64,000 bases of DNA from an uncultured Verrucomicrobiota bacterium (GTDB lineage: Bacteria; Verrucomicrobiota; Verrucomicrobiia; Limisphaerales; AAA164-E04): the NCBI GenBank assembly GCA_964342825.1, contig CAYFHO010000006.1, positions 62,267 to 126,266 of the forward strand, given 5' to 3'. Position numbers and translations under genes: made by a program. Under the pieces are notes generated by a model. That model saw nothing but the letters and a program-made list of their open reading frames with translations, was not told the DNA's origin and ran no database searches. Position 1 is the first letter of the stretch. Every line of letters starts with the position of its first letter. Shown piece after piece: positions 28,815-38,717 of the stretch.

Positions 28815-29669
28815 GTGAAGAAACCATTCCCCAATCCATACCGGGGACGTATCGCTCCCACCCCCACAGGCCGCCTCCACGAAGGTCACGCACGGACATT
28901 CTGGACAGCTCAGGAGAGGGCGCGCGCTGCGGGTGGTGAGTTATTGTTGCGAATAGAAGATCTTGATCTCTCAAGATGCAAACCCGAGTTTGTAAAGGGA
29001 TGTATAGAGGATCTGGCCTGGTTTGGATTTCAATGGGATGAAGGTCCCGAGACTACCGGATTATTCGCTCCTTATTTCCAGAGTCAACGCACGGAGTTGT
29101 ATCAATCCGCCCTCAATCAACTCATTGAACAGGGCCATGTTTACAGGTGTTTCTGCTCACGCAAAGATATTGAGCAGGCAACCCGAGCTCCACATGCAGC
29201 CGATGACGAGGTCATCTACCCGGGCACCTGTCGAAACTTGCACGCTTCTGATTCGGGTCGCTCATCCAAAGAGCAATATTGTTGGAGGTTCAAAGTCCCG
29301 GCCAACTTGACGATCCATTTCAATGACGAACGTCTTGGATCCTGCCGTTTTACTGTGGAAGAAGATTTTGGTGATTTTGTGGTCTGGCGGGCCGACGGAG
29401 TTCCTTCTTACCAACTCGCGGTCACGGTCGATGATCATTTGATGAAGATTTCAGAGGTTGTCCGTGGGGAGGATCTTCTTGTCTCAACCGCTCGTCAATT
29501 ACTGCTTTACCAGGCATTCGACTGGAAACCACCCTCTTTTTATCACTGTCCGTTGGTCTTGGATGAAAATGGCCAGCGACTCGCAAAACGCCATCAATCT
29601 CTCAGTCTTCAGGCTTTACGGAAATCGGGTAAAACTCCGGAAAATATTCGTGCCACGTGGAGCGAATAA
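28815..29669 (+). CDS. gluQ: tRNA glutamyl-Q(34) synthetase (GluQRS/YadB)
   Basis: 284 aa truncated GluRS catalytic domain. RIAPTPTGRLHEGHA (HIGH-type), RIEDLD, YQLAVTVDD, KRH. GTG start. Confidence 0.85.
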   Translation: MKKPFPNPYRGRIAPTPTGRLHEGHARTFWTAQERARAAGGELLLRIEDLDLSRCKPEFVKGCIEDLAWFGFQWDEGPETTGLFAPYFQSQRTELYQSALNQLIEQGHVYRCFCSRKDIEQATRAPHAADDEVIYPGTCRNLHASDSGRSSKEQYCWRFKVPANLTIHFNDERLGSCRFTVEEDFGDFVVWRADGVPSYQLAVTVDDHLMKISEVVRGEDLLVSTARQLLLYQAFDWKPPSFYHCPLVLDENGQRLAKRHQSLSLQALRKSGKTPENIRATWSE

Positions 29670-29745
29670 GCAGGGACCAAACGATCGGAATCCGGAGCAT
29701 GAAATAACCTTGCCCGAGCACAATGACACTCAATAAAATATTGTT

Positions 29746-29979
29746 ATGGGGCGTTTCGATATTTTGCTACCAATCATCCTTTTTGGCTTGGGGTTCATCT
29801 GGTGCCGTGAAATGTTCCCCCGTTGGCTTGAAGATTGGAATACCCTGACCGGGCAATCCGGCGACTACGCCGATAAGTTTGCAACCCTGGTGCTGTGGAC
29901 GACAACCATGATCATTGTGTTTGCCATGGGACTCCTCGTTTTGATGGTCTCGGGAAGCATATTGAATCTATTTCAATGA
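29746..29979 (+). CDS. small membrane protein (77 aa), hypothetical
   Basis: Two hydrophobic helices, ATG start, followed by a terminator. Confidence 0.5.
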   Translation: MGRFDILLPIILFGLGFIWCREMFPRWLEDWNTLTGQSGDYADKFATLVLWTTTMIIVFAMGLLVLMVSGSILNLFQ

Positions 29980-29980
29980 T

Positions 29981-30006
29981 GAATTGATTCCTTCAATTCT
30001 TTTTTT
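29981..30006 (+). terminator. rho-independent terminator
   Basis: Stem gaattga / tcaattc, 5-nt loop, then ttttttt. It sits between convergent genes. Confidence 0.6.
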
Positions 30007-30027
30007 GAAAGGCAAGCACGTCCATGG

Positions 30028-33000
30028 TCAGTTTGAGTCACGATCCATCACCTCAATGATTTGACCTCGGCTGTTGCCTCGAATTTCAGGAATATACATC
30101 GCATGACCTAGAGTAGGCATGGCATTGAAATGTCCGGGGACTTCTGCTCGCAAGGTATATCGAATTTCCCAAACACCTTCCGGCAACTTGTCGATAAACA
30201 AAGCCACTTTGCGATCTCTCCATTCCTGGTGCATAGAGCGGACCTTGCCCGTGAACCGCCAAGATGCATTGTGTTTCACGGAATTTCTGCCCTCAGTTTC
30301 CAGGCGTTCAATTTCTCTTTGTGAAAGTTGCCTGGCCATAGCCCGACCTCCACTGCGAAGTTCAACCGCTTCCAGACCCGCTGGTTTCAAATCCTCAATC
30401 AATAAATACTCGTAGTGATTCCTGGATTCCAAAGTCAACACGACCTCGACTCGATCCCCACTACGCAACTCCTCCCCCTCCATAATCGGCGCTCGCTCGA
30501 GCACTGTTCCTTTCAACAAGGTCGGAACCTCATCCAGTCGGAAATAGTCCCTTCTTACGAACAACTCATTTCCAGCCGCCGGGATGGGATTTTCAAGACT
30601 GTACCAGGTGGACTCGATACCATAATAATAAGGAGCATTTCCACCTGTCCTCACAATGCGAATATCGGTTTTGTCTTCGATCAATGATGAAGGAATCGAA
30701 TATCGACTCGGAGCTTTCAGGATATTTTCTTTGGTCACGCGCTCAGCTGCAATGAGCTTCTCACCTGCGTAAACTTCATATTGCAACTCCGACTGCAACT
30801 CTCCACTCACTTTGAGATAATCGGATAGGACCAATAATGTCATGGCGGTATCTCTCGTATTGGACCAGTGTGCGCCTCGACGATTATTGATCAACCACCG
30901 GACCACGGGTTCCACAAGTTCATGATCCGGATCAACGGCCATGATAGCTTTCAATGCCATTGCGGTGGCTTCCACTCCCCCCTCAGACCATCGATAGTAA
31001 ATTCCATCTTCACCCCAGTGAGCGGTGGCGGCAGAACTTCCAATGAGCGTTCCCGTTTGCAACCTGGATTTTTGCGAAGCGTTTCCTCGAATGACGCCAT
31101 TTTCCAAATTACGAATCAGAACCGAAGCTGCATCCGATTTACCGGCGTAATGGGCACTGAGTGCCAATAAAGAACGACTGTAGGCATTCAAGGCATCGCG
31201 TTGCCCCCAGAGGTTTTCCCAGGCGACCTCAATGGCTTCAGACAAGTTCTTGTCCAGCTTCTTGACTCCTGAAGCATGAACCGCATGAAGCATCCATGAT
31301 TGCATGTCCAATCGATTCTCATACTGAATGATGATTTTTGCCAAATAGTTTCGGGCTTTATCCAGGATGGCTTGATCAAAATCCACCCCCGCTTCTTGAA
31401 CCAGACTGAGCCCCCATACAACATAGGCTGACATGAAAGGATCTGATAAGCCATCTTTCCACCAGCCCCATCCTCCACCTTCGTGCTGCATGTCTGACAA
31501 TCGCTTCAAGCCGGCACGGGTCACATTGTCGACTTCCTGCAAGGCTTCAAAGCCGCTTCGGTGAGTGAATTCAACCAACTCAGGATTCAAGCCTCCATAT
31601 GTTCCAGGCTTGAGATCGGAAACCGAGAGCCCAACTTTTTCCAGTGTTCTTTTGACAATCGCGGCAGGCAGGAATCGGCTCATAGTTTGCTCCGTACATC
31701 CGTAGGGGTAATCAATTAAATAAGGCAAGGCATCCAACATGGTAACTGCCAGACTGGGTGTTACCTGAACCGTTAACCTGGTGGAGTCCGTTTTTCTCTG
31801 TTTGGGAAATTCAACAGGTATGGTGATGGACTCCTGGTTGGATTTACCTGTCCAAGCCAGAAACTGCTCCTGTCCTCGCTCATGAACAACTAGGCTCAGT
31901 TCCACCGCGTCAGAATCGTGCTCCGTGACAACCATTCCTTTCAGTGTAATCTCTCCGGGCTTGAGCGCCGTTAGGTTAGGCCAGTCAACACGATATTCCC
32001 CATTGGCAGGGATGATGGCTATCTGTTTTGGGTCACTTGAATCATTCAAGTTTAATTGGTCCGATGTCAGGGAGATTTGCGCCCTGATGTCGGAATCGGT
32101 TTGATTATTGACGATGGCAGATAAAACCACCTTGTCACCCATCACCAAAAATCTGGGGGTTTGCAATCGAATCAACAAGGGGCGTCGAGTCACAAAATTT
32201 CCTGATCCACGACCTACCTTTGTATTCGCATCAATGCCCCGGGCATCAATTTTCCAGTCTGTTAATGTGTCTGGTAATTCAAAGTCGATCTTACCTCTCC
32301 CAGTGGCATCCGTATGAAGGTTCGGTTCCCACAATGCTGTGGCATTGAAATTATGTCGCACCTCCACTTGGCTTGTATCGACACTGGAAAAATCAAAATC
32401 GGATGCATAACCCGCTACGGCACTCGCTGGTTGAGCCGAAGCAGACGCGGCTTTAAACATTCTCATGGACGTGGGTGAAGAGGTCATTTGTCGCGCAAAG
32501 CCACCACCACCTCCTAGTCCACCACCTCCTAGTCCACCACCTCCTAGTCCACCGCCTCCCAAACCCCCACTAAAATTCGGAGGTAAGCCGGTGAGGGCGT
32601 CCACATGAAATCCTTCAGGCGAATAATCTCTTAAGTGAAACCAAAGTGCGTCTCCCTCCAACTGGTTTGAACTCAATCCATTTTCGATCAAGTATTGATA
32701 AGAAGCTTCGTCAAGCAAGGTCCCATCCTCAAGCTCGATCAATTTCTCGAAAGAACGCCAATGGCCTCCCTGAAGCGATACTAATGGTCTCCTTTCACCG
32801 TAGAACACTTCACGTGGATCTCCCGCAATCTCATTTTGAATGTAGGTGATGGATTTGTCATAGACCGCAACGGAAACTTCTCCTTCAACGGGTTCCCCTG
32901 AATGATCTGTCACTCTGACATCCAGAGAAACTTTTTCTCTGGGACCATAGCTGGCTTTTTCAGATTCTACTTCGACATTTAGGAAATTCTGTACTGGCGG

Positions 33001-36000
33001 AACAATAATGCGCTCTGAATCTACATGAATCTTATGATCGCTGACCATCATCGCTTGAATGTAAAAATTAGGGACATGGGCCGAACCAATGTCGAGGGAA
33101 ACCATACGAACCGTGCCCTTCACATGAATGATACGGTGTTCAATCATGCGATCAGATTCCACGGTAAGTAGTACCCAGCGATCCGTTGCAGGAACGCTGA
33201 TCATGACAGGAGTGGTTTGGCCTGAGTGAAATGTGTCCTGATCTACTATGATCTCGACACCGTTTGAATGATACCCCAACTCAGTGACATCAGGACTGCT
33301 TACCCAAAAACTTTTTTCAGACCGCACTTCGTTGCCTGGTCCTTTCAAAGCTCCTTCCCGATGATCCTCACTGGTCCAGACTACTGAATAGTATCCTGTT
33401 CGATCAGGGGTAAAAGTTATTTGAGCCAGCCCCTTTTCATCCGTCCTGGCTGTCTGGCTCTGAACAAGAACATCTTTGTAACCCCGTTTCCTAATACGCC
33501 AAGGACGTTGATCGGAGCGGTCTGGCGGTGGAGGAAAAAACTTATACCGCCGCTTGACTTCAGCGAGTGCGGCTCCCTCAATTTCAACTCCTTCAGGTGT
33601 CCACCAAACTTCATCCCATACTTTCTTCAATACTTTGACCTGCCCCTCCAAACGAACAGGTTGCTCATTGACATCCAAAACTTGGACATCAAAGGTCATC
33701 TTTTCACCGGGTCGAACCATTTGGCGTTTCAACTCAACCGAAGCAAAGTGTCCTTGCCTTGCCACTCTCACCTCGTGTTCTGCCACCACTTCACGGCGGG
33801 AGGAATCCGTCAATCGAACTTCGACTCGATAGCTCAAGTCGCTCGACAAATCAGGAAGGGTATCAAATTCAATCTGCACTTTTCCAAGTGCGTCCGTTTT
33901 AAGTTTAAACTCATGATCCAGAATGCCGGTGGAAGAGTCTCTGGTAGAAAAAGAGCGTTGATAGGATTCTTCCAACCAGGGAAACGGCCGGGGCCTGGGA
34001 AAGTAAAAGTGAAAGGGTTTGCGATATACTCTGACTTCCACATCAGCGCCCACGACATCTCCTCCAAAATAGTATTCTGCATGTGCTTCCAACTTCACTC
34101 GATCACCGGGTCTGAAGGGTTTTGCCCTCTCTTCATTCTGCATCGGAACATCAATCGCAAGCTTCATTTCAGGACGTTTATATTCTTCCAGACGGAACAA
34201 TTCAGCGCTACCAATGCGTTTATCATCCGAGCTGAGACATTCGACACGATACATCCCCAATGGTGAATCAGTAGTCGGTTGCCATTGCCCAGCTGCAGTC
34301 CCGAATGAATTCAGTGTTACTTTTTCTTCAAGAACGGCAGATCGTTTAGGGTCAAGGATCCTGATTTTGACTTGTTCAGAGTCAGGAGTGCGAAATCCTT
34401 TGGATGTTTGATTTCGAATTATGACCTTCCATCGCACCTCATCTTCAGGACGATAAACGGGTCTATCCGTGAAAGCATAAATTTTCCAGGGCTGTATGTA
34501 GGCATTGCTTCTGGGATTGGAAAAATGTGAAAGGTTTTGTTGATTTTCGTGGCGAGCGGTAGCCAACCACTCCATGGAGGAGAAATCACCCAGATCCTCA
34601 AATACAACCAAGCCCTGATCATTGGCTTTACGATTAAATGTTTTATAACTCCATTGTCTGTTTTGATGCACGCGCTGCCAAAGCTTGACTTCTGCTCCCG
34701 GCAACGGACGTCCATCCACAGAATCACAAATCCATACAAGCGTGCGATTGGCAGATGCCCGTGCCATGACCGTCAGTCGACTGATCAAGATCAATTCCCG
34801 ACTTTCTTCCTCACCGTCAATATAGGCTACAGCCAAATAAGCTCCGTCCTCAGGTGTGGTATCCAAAACGATGTCCTGACGCCCATGTTCGTGCTCTCCT
34901 TTGTCAGCTGTTTCAACGGCCTGTTGGTAAACGGAGTTCAATTCAGGCGTTCGGATGGTTTTGATCCATTCGCCTGGATTCAGCCCCCCCTCCTCCAGGT
35001 GAATGTTTTTTAACAAATCAACTTTGAATAGTTTGACCTGAAAGCGGCGGATGTTTCGCCAACTGGTGTGAAGTCTGATTTTGGATCCCGGAATGAAAGC
35101 ATGACTCGCCATGATCTCCAGCTGTTTTCCGGTCACGTCTTCTATGCGGGATTTAACCTGCCGGTAAAATCGTGTTTCCTCCTCCCCATAAATGTCCATC
35201 AACCGACGCCACTCCTTGACGGCCGAGGGATAGTCAGGAACGAATCTCCAATGCCCATTTTTTTCTTTAATGGGTTTCCCCTGACTTGCCAGCCAGTTTC
35301 CGTATTGCATCAAAGCGTCGTCCAACCATTCATGCTTGGTGGATCCAGAAGTGGATGTTTCAAAAGCACGAACCACTCGCTCATGCATATATGGAGATTG
35401 ATTCAATCGGTTTCGAAGCAATTGCGCCAAGAGAAAATTGGCATGAGCGATGTCCTCCCGACTGGAAGCTATTTTTATGGCATTCTCAAGGATACTGACG
35501 GGTATCGCGTTACCATGAAATGCGGAAGAAAAATTTTGATTCCACTCAGGCGAGTGAGTCATTTTCCAAACAATGCCTAGATAATGCTCCCTCGCTAGCT
35601 CAAGATCCGGGGATGACGCCCAGGTTTCCAGGGCTTTTTCGTAATACATCCATGCTCTGCCAAAATCACGTCTATTACGTGGCATCCACCAATAATCCCC
35701 TGCGGACTCCGCCATGATCGCCGTCATTTGTGGGAAATTCTCACTGGCGTCAAATGTTTGAAATTCAGCCAGCAACCGATCAAAATCAGACCAAATCCTC
35801 TCAGTAAGTGAAGAATCCACTTGCCTGGAACCCGCCAAAGCACGCCACTCGCAATCCAATCGACGAAACCTGATCCAATAGGGCACTTCCAAAGATTGCC
35901 CAAAGCTCACATCTTCAGCAAAAGAATCATAAACCTTTAAAGCCATGGCGTAAGAACCCTCATCAAAAAGACGTTCACCTTCGGAAAAAATCGGCAATTG

Positions 36001-36072
36001 TCCGGGATGGTCTTCCTGTGACCACAAATCGCCCCCCAAACACAACAAGAACAAACACAACCAAAGTCTCAT
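30028..36072 (-). CDS. alpha-2-macroglobulin family protein with intact thioester (2014 aa)
   Basis: YPYGCTEQTM thioester motif (Cys codon 31696-31698), many MG-like beta-sandwich stretches, and C-terminal receptor-binding-like region. Start set at MRLWLCLFLLCLGG (36072), a signal peptide. The track ORF extends into the inverted repeat. Confidence 0.9.
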   Translation of the reverse strand: MRLWLCLFLLCLGGDLWSQEDHPGQLPIFSEGERLFDEGSYAMALKVYDSFAEDVSFGQSLEVPYWIRFRRLDCEWRALAGSRQVDSSLTERIWSDFDRLLAEFQTFDASENFPQMTAIMAESAGDYWWMPRNRRDFGRAWMYYEKALETWASSPDLELAREHYLGIVWKMTHSPEWNQNFSSAFHGNAIPVSILENAIKIASSREDIAHANFLLAQLLRNRLNQSPYMHERVVRAFETSTSGSTKHEWLDDALMQYGNWLASQGKPIKEKNGHWRFVPDYPSAVKEWRRLMDIYGEEETRFYRQVKSRIEDVTGKQLEIMASHAFIPGSKIRLHTSWRNIRRFQVKLFKVDLLKNIHLEEGGLNPGEWIKTIRTPELNSVYQQAVETADKGEHEHGRQDIVLDTTPEDGAYLAVAYIDGEEESRELILISRLTVMARASANRTLVWICDSVDGRPLPGAEVKLWQRVHQNRQWSYKTFNRKANDQGLVVFEDLGDFSSMEWLATARHENQQNLSHFSNPRSNAYIQPWKIYAFTDRPVYRPEDEVRWKVIIRNQTSKGFRTPDSEQVKIRILDPKRSAVLEEKVTLNSFGTAAGQWQPTTDSPLGMYRVECLSSDDKRIGSAELFRLEEYKRPEMKLAIDVPMQNEERAKPFRPGDRVKLEAHAEYYFGGDVVGADVEVRVYRKPFHFYFPRPRPFPWLEESYQRSFSTRDSSTGILDHEFKLKTDALGKVQIEFDTLPDLSSDLSYRVEVRLTDSSRREVVAEHEVRVARQGHFASVELKRQMVRPGEKMTFDVQVLDVNEQPVRLEGQVKVLKKVWDEVWWTPEGVEIEGAALAEVKRRYKFFPPPPDRSDQRPWRIRKRGYKDVLVQSQTARTDEKGLAQITFTPDRTGYYSVVWTSEDHREGALKGPGNEVRSEKSFWVSSPDVTELGYHSNGVEIIVDQDTFHSGQTTPVMISVPATDRWVLLTVESDRMIEHRIIHVKGTVRMVSLDIGSAHVPNFYIQAMMVSDHKIHVDSERIIVPPVQNFLNVEVESEKASYGPREKVSLDVRVTDHSGEPVEGEVSVAVYDKSITYIQNEIAGDPREVFYGERRPLVSLQGGHWRSFEKLIELEDGTLLDEASYQYLIENGLSSNQLEGDALWFHLRDYSPEGFHVDALTGLPPNFSGGLGGGGLGGGGLGGGGLGGGGGFARQMTSSPTSMRMFKAASASAQPASAVAGYASDFDFSSVDTSQVEVRHNFNATALWEPNLHTDATGRGKIDFELPDTLTDWKIDARGIDANTKVGRGSGNFVTRRPLLIRLQTPRFLVMGDKVVLSAIVNNQTDSDIRAQISLTSDQLNLNDSSDPKQIAIIPANGEYRVDWPNLTALKPGEITLKGMVVTEHDSDAVELSLVVHERGQEQFLAWTGKSNQESITIPVEFPKQRKTDSTRLTVQVTPSLAVTMLDALPYLIDYPYGCTEQTMSRFLPAAIVKRTLEKVGLSVSDLKPGTYGGLNPELVEFTHRSGFEALQEVDNVTRAGLKRLSDMQHEGGGWGWWKDGLSDPFMSAYVVWGLSLVQEAGVDFDQAILDKARNYLAKIIIQYENRLDMQSWMLHAVHASGVKKLDKNLSEAIEVAWENLWGQRDALNAYSRSLLALSAHYAGKSDAASVLIRNLENGVIRGNASQKSRLQTGTLIGSSAATAHWGEDGIYYRWSEGGVEATAMALKAIMAVDPDHELVEPVVRWLINNRRGAHWSNTRDTAMTLLVLSDYLKVSGELQSELQYEVYAGEKLIAAERVTKENILKAPSRYSIPSSLIEDKTDIRIVRTGGNAPYYYGIESTWYSLENPIPAAGNELFVRRDYFRLDEVPTLLKGTVLERAPIMEGEELRSGDRVEVVLTLESRNHYEYLLIEDLKPAGLEAVELRSGGRAMARQLSQREIERLETEGRNSVKHNASWRFTGKVRSMHQEWRDRKVALFIDKLPEGVWEIRYTLRAEVPGHFNAMPTLGHAMYIPEIRGNSRGQIIEVMDRDSN
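32500..32570. repeat. 15-bp in-frame tandem repeat inside the A2M gene
   Basis: accacctcctagtcc occurs perfectly three times (32506-32550), plus a degenerate fourth copy and a partial leading copy. Encodes GGLGGGGLGGGGLGGGGLGGGGG. Confidence 0.95.
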
Positions 36073-36137
36073 GACAGCAAGCATACCATTATGGACAGTC
36101 CATCGTCTCGATTTATTAGAAAATAATACAAACCCAA

Positions 36138-36254
36138 TTGGGGGTCGGTCCCAACTATTTACACTACCTGACATCCTCCAAACGCTCGATTTGGATTCAC
36201 GAATAATCGAGTCTATCTGGAAGAAAAGTTTAAATAGTTGGGACCGACCCCCAA
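36138..36254. repeat. perfect 24-bp inverted repeat with 69-nt spacer in the divergent intergenic region
   Basis: ttgggggtcggtcccaactattta (36138-36161) and its exact reverse complement taaatagttgggaccgacccccaa (36231-36254). A nested 7-bp hairpin ctcgatt/aatcgag lies in the spacer. Confidence 0.95.
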
Positions 36255-36306
36255 AGTTTTGGTGGACTTGATGTGGAGGCTGGGCTCAGTATTGCCGTTT
36301 TAAATA

Positions 36307-37335
36307 GTGAACACTGAAGTCCTAACTATTGATCAATCAAGATCCTTCGACGAAGCTGCAGCGAAAGCTTCGTTGTTGCTCCAAGATGGTCAGATTGTCG
36401 CGTTGCCCACAGAAACCGTTTATGGACTGGCGGCGGATGCATTAAATCCGGGTGCTGTACAATCAGTCTACCAAACCAAACAACGTCCTTCGACAAACCC
36501 ACTCATCGTTCACGTTGCCAGTCGCAGGATGCGGGATGAGTGTGTGCGCGAATGGTCAGTTAATGCTGAAAAGTTTGCAAACGCCTTTTGGCCAGGACCT
36601 TTGACACTTGTTCTACCAAAATCAGATCTCATTCCAATGGATGTGACAGCAGGTTTGGACTCGGTGGCGATTCGTTGGCCTGCGCATCCATTTATGCAAG
36701 CGGTCATTAGAAAGCTAGGCCGTCCAATTGCAGCACCAAGCGCGAATCTCGCCAACCAGCTTTCCCCTACCTCGGCAGAGCATGTGTCCAGTCAATTGAA
36801 GGGCCAGATTCCTTTGATTGTGGATGGTGGGTTTTCCAATGTGGGAATCGAATCAACCGTCCTGGACTTAACCGGGACATTTCCAGTGGTATTGAGACCA
36901 GGTATCATTCACCTTGAGTCTTTACGAGCGGTCGATCCTTCAACAATGAACCTTGAAGTTTCCCGCGAAAACGAATCTGGAGAATCCCAAAAACCCCAAG
37001 CAAGTCCCGGGCTCCACAAAAAACACTACGCACCGAGGGCTCCCTTGAAGTGTCATTCGTGGAAAAACCCCGACGAAGTCAGAACAGTGGTCCATGAATT
37101 GGGATCCACTCCAGAAAAGACATGCATTCTCTGCCATGAAAGCATCCCTTCTCCAGACAAGTTTGCAAGAATTTCAGTGATACCACACGACCCGGAAGCT
37201 TATGCCAGGGCTCTATATGCTGAACTCTTCGTATCTGACCAGGAAGATCCAGACTTGATCCTGGTGGAGGCAGTCCCAGACTTGCCTGCTTGGCAAGGTA
37301 TCCAGGACCGTCTGACCAGGGCTTCCAGTGACTGA
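36307..37335 (+). CDS. L-threonylcarbamoyladenylate synthase, Sua5 type
   Basis: ALPTETVYGLAADA, KQRPSTNPLIVHV, plus the C-terminal Sua5 domain. GTG start. Confidence 0.88.
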   Translation: MNTEVLTIDQSRSFDEAAAKASLLLQDGQIVALPTETVYGLAADALNPGAVQSVYQTKQRPSTNPLIVHVASRRMRDECVREWSVNAEKFANAFWPGPLTLVLPKSDLIPMDVTAGLDSVAIRWPAHPFMQAVIRKLGRPIAAPSANLANQLSPTSAEHVSSQLKGQIPLIVDGGFSNVGIESTVLDLTGTFPVVLRPGIIHLESLRAVDPSTMNLEVSRENESGESQKPQASPGLHKKHYAPRAPLKCHSWKNPDEVRTVVHELGSTPEKTCILCHESIPSPDKFARISVIPHDPEAYARALYAELFVSDQEDPDLILVEAVPDLPAWQGIQDRLTRASSD

Positions 37336-37425
37336 TCAAACCCCGTGATGGGTCCTGAATTTTTTCCCGAAACTCTTTGACGCTAAGTTGGTCTTTGCTA
37401 TGTTTGCCCGTCTGAATTTTGGATT

Positions 37426-38682
37426 ATGGCAAAATTAACCATCAAAGATGTCGATTTAAGCGGCAAAAGAGTGTTTGTTCGAGTGGACTACAATGTTCCC
37501 ATGGCGGAGAGCGATGGAGAAATGTTGATCAATGATGATACACGCATTCGCGCCACGGTTCCCACATTGGATCAGTTGGTGTCTCAAGGGGCAAAAATCA
37601 TCCTGGCAGCTCATCTCGGAAGGCCCAAAGGACAAAAAGAACCGTCCATGTCATTGAGGCCGGTTGCCCAACGCCTGAGTGATTTGCTCGGCCGTCCTGT
37701 CGCATTTGTTGATGATTGCATAGGCGATAAAGTTTCCCAAACTGTGGCAGCGCTGAAACCAGGCGATATCCTGTTACTCGAGAACGTCCGATATTATAGT
37801 GAAGAGGAAGCCAACGATCCTTCGTTTGCAGAGCAACTGGCAGCCAATGCGGACGCTTATGTCAATGACGCTTTCGGTGCAGCGCACAGAGCCCATGCGT
37901 CCACAGCTGGAATTGCAAAAATCATTGCAGCGAAAGGTGGTCCTTGTGTTGCGGGCTTGTTGATGGAGAGGGAACTTGCTTTTCTGGGCGACGAACTGGA
38001 AACGCCTCAACGTCCCTTTGTCGTGATTTTGGGTGGGGCCAAAGTTTCAGATAAAATAGCCGTCATTGATCGTTTGCTTGAAAAAGCGGACAGTTTACTC
38101 ATCGGAGGAGCCATGGCCTACACCTTTAAGCTGGCCAAGGGACTTTCAGTTGGAAAATCACTTGTCGAACCAGACAAAGTGGATGTCGCCAAAGCCGCGA
38201 TGGAAAAAGCAGCTCAAAGAGGTGTGGAATTATTATTGCCCACAGACAATATTGTGGTCACACCTGTTGTTACCGACAAGTTGAATAAAAAAGGCAAACC
38301 GATTCTGGAGTTTCAAAACCCTCGCCCAAATACGGAACCCAACATACCTGAAAATGAGGAAGGTGTGGACATTGGCGAACAAACAGCCAAAACATATTCA
38401 GACAAGATTGCACAAGCCAAAACCATCTTGTGGAACGGTCCCATGGGAATTTTCGAGGACCCTCGATTTTCCAAAGGTACATTTGCAGTAGCCGAAGCTG
38501 TCGCCAAGGCCACCAGTGAAAGCGGTGCCAAGAGCATCATCGGCGGTGGCGACAGTGTCAAAGCTTTGAACCAATCTGGCTTGGGTGACCAGGTCACTTT
38601 TATGAGTACTGGCGGGGGAGCCAGCCTTGAATTTTTGGAAGGTAAGGAACTGCCCGGCGTGGCAGCCTTGTCGGATCGTTGA
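37426..38682 (+). CDS. pgk: phosphoglycerate kinase
   Basis: VFVRVDYNVP, AHLGRPKG, NDAFGAAHRAHAS, STGGGASLEFLEGK. Confidence 0.97.
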   Translation: MAKLTIKDVDLSGKRVFVRVDYNVPMAESDGEMLINDDTRIRATVPTLDQLVSQGAKIILAAHLGRPKGQKEPSMSLRPVAQRLSDLLGRPVAFVDDCIGDKVSQTVAALKPGDILLLENVRYYSEEEANDPSFAEQLAANADAYVNDAFGAAHRAHASTAGIAKIIAAKGGPCVAGLLMERELAFLGDELETPQRPFVVILGGAKVSDKIAVIDRLLEKADSLLIGGAMAYTFKLAKGLSVGKSLVEPDKVDVAKAAMEKAAQRGVELLLPTDNIVVTPVVTDKLNKKGKPILEFQNPRPNTEPNIPENEEGVDIGEQTAKTYSDKIAQAKTILWNGPMGIFEDPRFSKGTFAVAEAVAKATSESGAKSIIGGGDSVKALNQSGLGDQVTFMSTGGGASLEFLEGKELPGVAALSDR

Positions 38683-38717
38683 TCTCTTTAATTTTTCAAA
38701 ATATAAAAAAAGACGTT

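Noticed and set aside
32500-32570. CRISPR-like regular repeat.
   Set aside because: The 15-bp units are directly abutting with no spacers, and they are in frame inside the A2M CDS. It is a coding microsatellite, not a CRISPR array.
36073-36174. N-terminal extension of the A2M ORF (MSGSVNSWDRPPIGF...), and the 66-aa + strand ORF at 36071-36271.
   Set aside because: Both run through the arms of the 24-bp inverted repeat, which is why both contain SWDRPP. A proper signal peptide starts at MRLWLCLFLL (36072), so these are artefacts of the repeat.
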